From: Calditrichia bacterium
GTDB taxonomy: Bacteria > Calditrichota > Calditrichia > RBG-13-44-9 > J075
Assembly (NCBI GenBank): GCA_050633245.1
Contig: JBOEGD010000015.1
Coordinates: 37,285-101,284, forward strand
Length of the DNA stretch: 64,000 nt
Direction: 5' to 3'
The notes beneath the pieces were generated by a model, which saw only the letters and a list, made by a program, of their open reading frames with translations, searched no databases and was not told where the DNA came from. Of this stretch, positions 58,709-64,000 are shown one piece after another. The position numbers were made by a program, and so were the translations under genes. Numbering within the stretch: position 1 is the stretch's first letter; each line of letters starts with the position of its first letter.

Positions 58709-59173
58709 TTAAAATTTAGGATTACCAGGGTCATTAAGCTGATCGGCAGCATTCCTCAGGTTCTCGCGACATCGGCTTAATGCCTTTGCACGATCCATAT
58801 ATCTCTTAGTCTCATCTTCTACTGAATCTTCATCAAACAGCTTAGCCGCAAGACTTAATTGTATTTCCGCTGATACTAACTCACTATAGGCATCTCTAAT
58901 ACCTAGTTTATTTCTCCAACGAAAATTTCTTAGCACTTCTAGAATTGGCTTAATATCATTTCGGATTAGTGCTCTGACTGCGTCTTCAACAATTTCTTCA
59001 ATAAGGTCTGATTTATAAAAAACCTCTGCTATACTAAGGAGAGTAGTACGAATTAGATCTCGAAGTTCTATTTCAGACATTTCAGGGGGTATGGAAAAGT
59101 CAGGAGATATAGAAACCCCTTTATCTAAGAAGATTCGCTTTAGATAACTATATTCTTTTAATGAGCCTAACAT
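58709..59173 (-). CDS. Hypothetical alpha-helical protein
   Basis: 154-aa ORF in a co-directional cluster; protein-like composition. Confidence 0.6.
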   Translation of the reverse strand: MLGSLKEYSYLKRIFLDKGVSISPDFSIPPEMSEIELRDLIRTTLLSIAEVFYKSDLIEEIVEDAVRALIRNDIKPILEVLRNFRWRNKLGIRDAYSELVSAEIQLSLAAKLFDEDSVEDETKRYMDRAKALSRCRENLRNAADQLNDPGNPKF

Positions 59174-59211
59174 GTGGAGAGGGGCCTATTTGGGACAAAA
59201 AAAGTGAAAAC

Positions 59212-59892
59212 TTAGACTTCTGTGTTTTTATCAGAAATACTATTTGATACTGAGTGAGCAAGATTTTCTATTTTTGTGGCAATCACTTTTTGCTGTTTAA
59301 CTATGTCGGAATTAGAGAACCTCAATTTTGATCTTAATATTTCTATTCGCTGTATTATGTCCGAAACTTTTGATTGATAGTTTAAACCTAATATTGGTGT
59401 GCCAATTGAAAAATTGAGTAGACTCTCACGGCATTCCAAGAGCATCTTGATAGAATAATCGCAGTCTCGTGGTTCAAGGTATTCTTCGTTAAATAGATTA
59501 ACCAGACTCTCAAACGAACAATTCTCAGTTAGATTGTCTAGTATAATTTGTTGAGAGTTTGGCTTTATAGTTATTTCGCTATCTCTTGGATTATTTTTTT
59601 TACCCTGAGCTAAGAGATCATTCGCTTTATTTCTATCCTCATATTCTTCAATTAGCTTTAGAATTTCAGCCTTAATAGCGGGTACATTTTCTACCGCGAT
59701 ATTGGCAAGTTCACAGATCTTATTATACTGTTTGGCAACAGATAGAGCACTCATCCAGATATTAATTGGTTTTTCATTAAAATGAACTTCTTCCATTGGA
59801 ATTCCAGCATCAGAGACTATTCTTTGAATATCTTTTTCGTCATAATGTACTTTGGCTAATATATTTCTTATGTTAGAAAGCGATTCATCCAT
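59212..59892 (-). CDS. Effector-associated domain (EAD1-like) protein with C-terminal helical domain
   Basis: N-terminal 'IRNILAKVHYDEKDIQRIVSDAGI...KPINIWMSALSVA...KICEL...AVENVP' is homologous to the N-terminus of 60149-61159; GAGG RBS. Confidence 0.75.
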   Translation of the reverse strand: MDESLSNIRNILAKVHYDEKDIQRIVSDAGIPMEEVHFNEKPINIWMSALSVAKQYNKICELANIAVENVPAIKAEILKLIEEYEDRNKANDLLAQGKKNNPRDSEITIKPNSQQIILDNLTENCSFESLVNLFNEEYLEPRDCDYSIKMLLECRESLLNFSIGTPILGLNYQSKVSDIIQRIEILRSKLRFSNSDIVKQQKVIATKIENLAHSVSNSISDKNTEV

Positions 59893-60148
59893 TTTTTAGT
59901 CTACCTCACGCCTGTTTTGGTTATTAATCTGTAATGAAGTGTAAATATATCTCCTTCCATTCTGGATTTGAGTGCATTTCAAGTAAAAAGGGCCAACAAA
60001 AGTAAATCAGCAAAATGAGATTAGTGATTTTTTTGCCAACTTGTCTTGGATTATATTCAGCTCCAATAATAAGAGGCTATATTATTAATCTAAATTTGTA
60101 AATGGTTAAAACTGCAGAACCATAATGAAATATCCAGATCTCATTATA

Positions 60149-61159
60149 TTATAATTTCCCTGCACTTTTAAGAGCATCATAAATTAGATTAATATGAATC
60201 CCTTGGTTACGCCATCTATTTTGTTTTGAATTAGGTTCATGTACACCCCCACGATTATGCACAGCGATAAGACGCCAATCATTATCGAAAACTGGTGAGC
60301 CAGATGATCCTTCAAGGGTATCGGTTAGATAATGAATTCGTTGCAGACTAGATGCAACAACAATATTATGATAAAAAGCAATATGTTTTTGACCTCCACC
60401 CGGATGCTGAATGATAGTTGCACGTGAACCGACAGATACGGAGTTCTTAATCTTAATTACAGGGATCTCCCCCCATTTGGAATTTGGGTTTCCATCAATT
60501 TTTACTATTGTCCAATCATCTCCACCCTGTTTCTCACGAGGCGATGTAATGAACTCTTTGTTAGGTAAGAGGGAATAAGTACTCACTGGAGCATTCTTTC
60601 CATCAACTGTTTTTTGAAAATTAAATTCAACTTTTGCCCCACCAGCCTCTTCCTCTGATCCGATTACATGATTATTCGTAACTAAAAGATTATCATTGAT
60701 TAAGAAACCGGTTCCACGGCTATTATCAGAAAGCACGACTCGGCAAACAGATTTAGAGAACTTCATACCCAAACTAAGAAAATTTATCGGGAGCATGGAA
60801 TTTTGTGAGCCTATTATTTGCTCCAACTCTCCCTCCACTGTCGGTCCTGTCCATTGAGTATCCGACATTAGTGGTGTCTCGACGGCAAGTAATTCATTAT
60901 TACGTGCCATTCGCAAAAGGTCGTTTTCAGGATATTCTTCTAAAGCACAGTCGATCAATTTGTCAACTAATTTCTGCTTAATGGCCTCTTCAATGACACT
61001 CTGCCAATAATTTATAGCCTTGTCGCTCTGATTTAAATACTGTGGCTTTAAGCCCGTATCGATTGCCAACCTAGTGATATCTTTTATATTCCAATATAGA
61101 CCAGCTAAAGTATTGCGTAAATTTGCATAATTTAAATTCCACTGCATTTCATTTTCCAT
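60149..61159 (-). CDS. EAD1-trypsin-like serine protease fusion
   Basis: 'LRNTLAGLY...RLAIDTGL...WQSVIEEA...KLIDCALEEYPEN' (EAD1) plus 'GTGFLI', 'TNNHV', 'IIQHPGG', 'TLEGSSGSPV'. Confidence 0.9.
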   Translation of the reverse strand: MENEMQWNLNYANLRNTLAGLYWNIKDITRLAIDTGLKPQYLNQSDKAINYWQSVIEEAIKQKLVDKLIDCALEEYPENDLLRMARNNELLAVETPLMSDTQWTGPTVEGELEQIIGSQNSMLPINFLSLGMKFSKSVCRVVLSDNSRGTGFLINDNLLVTNNHVIGSEEEAGGAKVEFNFQKTVDGKNAPVSTYSLLPNKEFITSPREKQGGDDWTIVKIDGNPNSKWGEIPVIKIKNSVSVGSRATIIQHPGGGQKHIAFYHNIVVASSLQRIHYLTDTLEGSSGSPVFDNDWRLIAVHNRGGVHEPNSKQNRWRNQGIHINLIYDALKSAGKL

Positions 61160-61170
61160 TATTCGTGTAG

Positions 61171-62340
61171 TTACTTGCGTACTAAATGAGGATATTGATC
61201 AGCTAACACATCGATTAGCTCTGACATTTTATCGCCTTCAAGAACCGCATCTATAAAAAAAATATATAGCCTTGCTAAAGACTCATTTCTTTGCCAATAA
61301 ATAGGGTTAATACCTATATCAAGTGAAATTCGATATAGGTCAGCCTCATTATCGATAGAATTTGTGAGAACCTCCATCATTTCCTCAGTTTGGTGAGTTC
61401 CAAAATGTTTCTCCTCTACCCTTTTTTCTAAAAGCCTTAAGGGGGCTTCCATTGTGGTATCAGTATGAATAAGCTGTTGCGGTAGATTGTAAATAGAATC
61501 CCACATTGGCTTTACTACATCCGCAGGGGTCCAATATCTTCCGAATCTATTATTTTTAGTCTTATAGTTATCAAAAAATGCTTCAAGCCTATTGCGATAA
61601 TTAGGATCGCCGGTATCTGCGGTTGCGAATACGTAATCAAATAGCTCAAATGATTCCGTACGATATTCCATAATTGTAAATGGATGAATTTGAGTTGGGC
61701 AAGTTCGATTATATACAAATATATTTTGAGGGTCATCTAAAACTAAACAGGCTCGCGAAACCCCTTTGGTTAATCTAAATTGAGAAGCCCAGTTAAGGGG
61801 AAGCTTTTGCCATCTTGCTTCGCATTCTATTACTTGTCCTTCTATCGATCCTCGTTGACTAATTTTTTTTATAACTTCTTCGCTCGCCAACGCAGGAATA
61901 CCAGCCGAGACATTTGCCATTGTTGTTATCGTGATTAATTGAGTTCCATCTATGGCAGGAGGTAGACGAAGTGTACCTATTCCGCCTGAAACCTTGCTCG
62001 ATTTACCAGGAGGGGCGAGCGTTTTCCATTGTTCACTTTCCTCCTCGTAAGCTGCTGGTCTTAATCGCCTTAGCTGTGCCGCCTTTGGTGTCCAAAAAAG
62101 ACCTGGAATTCTTGGAATCCATTCGGAGACAATAACATCATTAAATATGCACTTTACTCCAAAACACGCATCTTTATTATTATGGAACCATCCCCAAAAT
62201 TCAGCATCAGAAATAAAATGCATTCGCCCGCTATCATTTTCTAACTGTTCAGGTCGCTCAGTAAGCGGTTCATCGACACGAGAGAAATTGTGTGCGGTTT
62301 CTAGGATTCGGATACCAGTATATGCTCGTTGTAAATCCAT
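61171..62340 (-). CDS. Uncharacterised beta-rich domain with C-terminal EAD-like helical bundle
   Basis: AAGGAG RBS; 'SEWIPRIPGLFWT', 'GGIGTLRL', 'SAGIPAL'; C-terminal 'DLYRISLDIGI...MSELIDVLADQYPHL'. Confidence 0.65.
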   Translation of the reverse strand: MDLQRAYTGIRILETAHNFSRVDEPLTERPEQLENDSGRMHFISDAEFWGWFHNNKDACFGVKCIFNDVIVSEWIPRIPGLFWTPKAAQLRRLRPAAYEEESEQWKTLAPPGKSSKVSGGIGTLRLPPAIDGTQLITITTMANVSAGIPALASEEVIKKISQRGSIEGQVIECEARWQKLPLNWASQFRLTKGVSRACLVLDDPQNIFVYNRTCPTQIHPFTIMEYRTESFELFDYVFATADTGDPNYRNRLEAFFDNYKTKNNRFGRYWTPADVVKPMWDSIYNLPQQLIHTDTTMEAPLRLLEKRVEEKHFGTHQTEEMMEVLTNSIDNEADLYRISLDIGINPIYWQRNESLARLYIFFIDAVLEGDKMSELIDVLADQYPHLVRK

Positions 62341-62367
62341 ATTATCTCCTTAATATTGGCAAAAAAT

Positions 62368-63252
62368 CTATGAAATATATTCAACAGTCGTTGGTTTAAT
62401 TCCTGTGACGCGTTCAATCCAATCAATTTGAACATCAATACGCACATATATTCCGCCATCGCCACAAGGATTGTTCCCAGAACGCGTACCACGAGAAGTG
62501 GCACCCAAAAGATAATATTGATTATTAGCGCCTTGAATATAGAGCGGCCCACCACTATCTCCCTTACATGAATCCCTCATTAGACCAAGATGCCCGGCTA
62601 CAAATTCTTTACCTTCGAGAAAACCATACCGATTATCAGTATTATCAGAACCATCTGTGGACATGATAGGTACCTCCGCCATTCGTTTAATACCATAGCC
62701 TATTGTTCCACGAGGATTTACATTCCCAAACCCGACTACAAGTCCTATACGAATATTGTCTATCTCATTTCCAATTGCAATTGAACGGGGTATTATTTTG
62801 GATGGCCTTTCCAATATTAAGATTCTCAGATCTACATCTCGACTTTCAAAACTTTCTAACACCCGAATTACCTCGCCCTCATTTGTACGGAAAATATCAT
62901 TTCCACCTATAAAAACACGAGTAATACCATAACAATGCTGTGCAGTCACAACCATGTTTGGTGCAATTAAAGTTCCACTACAATAAAAGTTTTCATCATT
63001 ACCAACTGCACAACAATCGGCAAACTCACTTGTAGTTTCTCCACCTACAACTTCTTCATTATATAAAATGGGATGAACAACAGGCGAGGCACTAGAGGAG
63101 TCAACGAATCCAGTCTCAACGTTATATTCAAGTTCAGAATCTCGATTTGCAAGATCATTGGTTTTCAGTTCATCCTGAATAGTAGAAATTTGGTCCATTA
63201 TTTTGCGCAAAGCGGATAGAATCTTTTCGATATTAATCATACTTAACACCAT
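62368..63252 (-). CDS. S1A (chymotrypsin/trypsin-type) serine protease without signal peptide
   Basis: 'VVGG' activation motif, 'CSGTLIAPNMVVTAQHC', 'DSCKGDSGGP', 'GIYVRID...WI'; N-terminal coiled segment. Confidence 0.9.
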   Translation of the reverse strand: MVLSMINIEKILSALRKIMDQISTIQDELKTNDLANRDSELEYNVETGFVDSSSASPVVHPILYNEEVVGGETTSEFADCCAVGNDENFYCSGTLIAPNMVVTAQHCYGITRVFIGGNDIFRTNEGEVIRVLESFESRDVDLRILILERPSKIIPRSIAIGNEIDNIRIGLVVGFGNVNPRGTIGYGIKRMAEVPIMSTDGSDNTDNRYGFLEGKEFVAGHLGLMRDSCKGDSGGPLYIQGANNQYYLLGATSRGTRSGNNPCGDGGIYVRIDVQIDWIERVTGIKPTTVEYIS

Positions 63253-64000
63253 ATTAAAATTTCTTTTATTACGTTTTTTTATAAAATGCTAACGACTTGA
63301 TTATTTTATCTGAACTAAGCAAAATATGGCCATATGGTTGGAATACTTGATTGTAATAGACTACAGAAGCAATCGATTTCAACATGCATTACCAAAACTT
63401 CTTTCTAAGAGGTTTTAAAAGGATTCCATAATCTATGACTACAAGTTTTTTTAAATTGCGAATGGTTAATACACGTTTTATGGAGGGGAGTCTTCTTAAG
63501 AAAGCCATCAAATAGTAATTATCAAAGCCGTTTTTTGTTCAAAGTCAATATGACGATGGGAAACACCATATTGGGAGTCTTGAATAGAATGGATTCGTTC
63601 AGATATTTTATAGCATTTCATTAGTTAGGGTTCATATATATCGAAACAAAAAACGCCAACTCTAAACGTATCAATTGATTCAATTCCTTTTGTGTTTGCA
63701 CCATTTTAGAGAGCACTGTATACATTTTAATATTGCATTGAACAGAAAGATATTGTAAGATATTTAATACATACTCACTCGCCAATTTTAGGTTTATCAA
63801 AAATTCTCACAATTAAAAAGCGCATGGCATCGGCTTTCTATGCAATTTCGATTTACAATTATTTTCAAATAATTTACTTTGAAAAATGTGTGACGTCAGA
63901 AAAGATGGGATAGCAAAAATGATACATCGAATAGATAGTTGTAAAATTCTTTATACCTCCATGCTAGTAATATCTATCTGTAAGTCGTCAAAATCTCCCG

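Noticed and set aside
59165-59197. TGTCCC upstream of 58709-59173 as an island-type promoter
   Set aside because: The -10 position reads ACATGTT, not YYTATAA, and overlaps the start codon.
1-64000. CRISPR array or cas genes (prompted by TPR-CHAT plus sigma, as in type III-E)
   Set aside because: No regularly spaced 25-45-bp repeats and no Cas-like ORF seen in the window.

Overview
Bacterial chromosomal DNA. Three secreted proteins end in NYPNPFNPxTTI FlgD-Ig/T9SS-like tails, which suggests an FCB-group lineage such as Calditrichota, KSB1 or Ignavibacteria (inference). Positions 1-31.2 kb are a mosaic of accessory genes: HxlR/SDR, paaK, a segment-permuted DUF3179, an orphan Pycsar-type effector, serine hydrolases, pirin, membrane AraC regulators, an Omp85-type barrel and a GH-A-like enzyme. 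From 31.6 kb onward the window looks like a stack of decayed genomic islands. It holds three co-oriented relics of the comM 3' half, each fused at the same CPCG codon position to the same ~200-bp island arm, plus a tRNA-Leu 3' relic and IS3/IS1182 fragments. Island 1 (32.3-47.1 kb) is the best candidate for an undescribed system. It encodes an ECF-like sigma factor with a C-terminal LRR domain, a zinc-finger transmembrane anti-sigma factor and an exported TPR-CHAT caspase-like protease. It also carries an S8 protease and an operon ending in a Cys/Trp-rich zincin. All four apparent transcription units are preceded by the same TGTCCG-N16-YYTATAA motif. An IS3-bracketed block (49-57 kb) carries an Ig-repeat surface operon and a trypsin-endonuclease fusion. 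The last block (58-63 kb) is an EAD1/trypsin conflict-type cluster. All calls come from motif recognition by eye; no searches were run.
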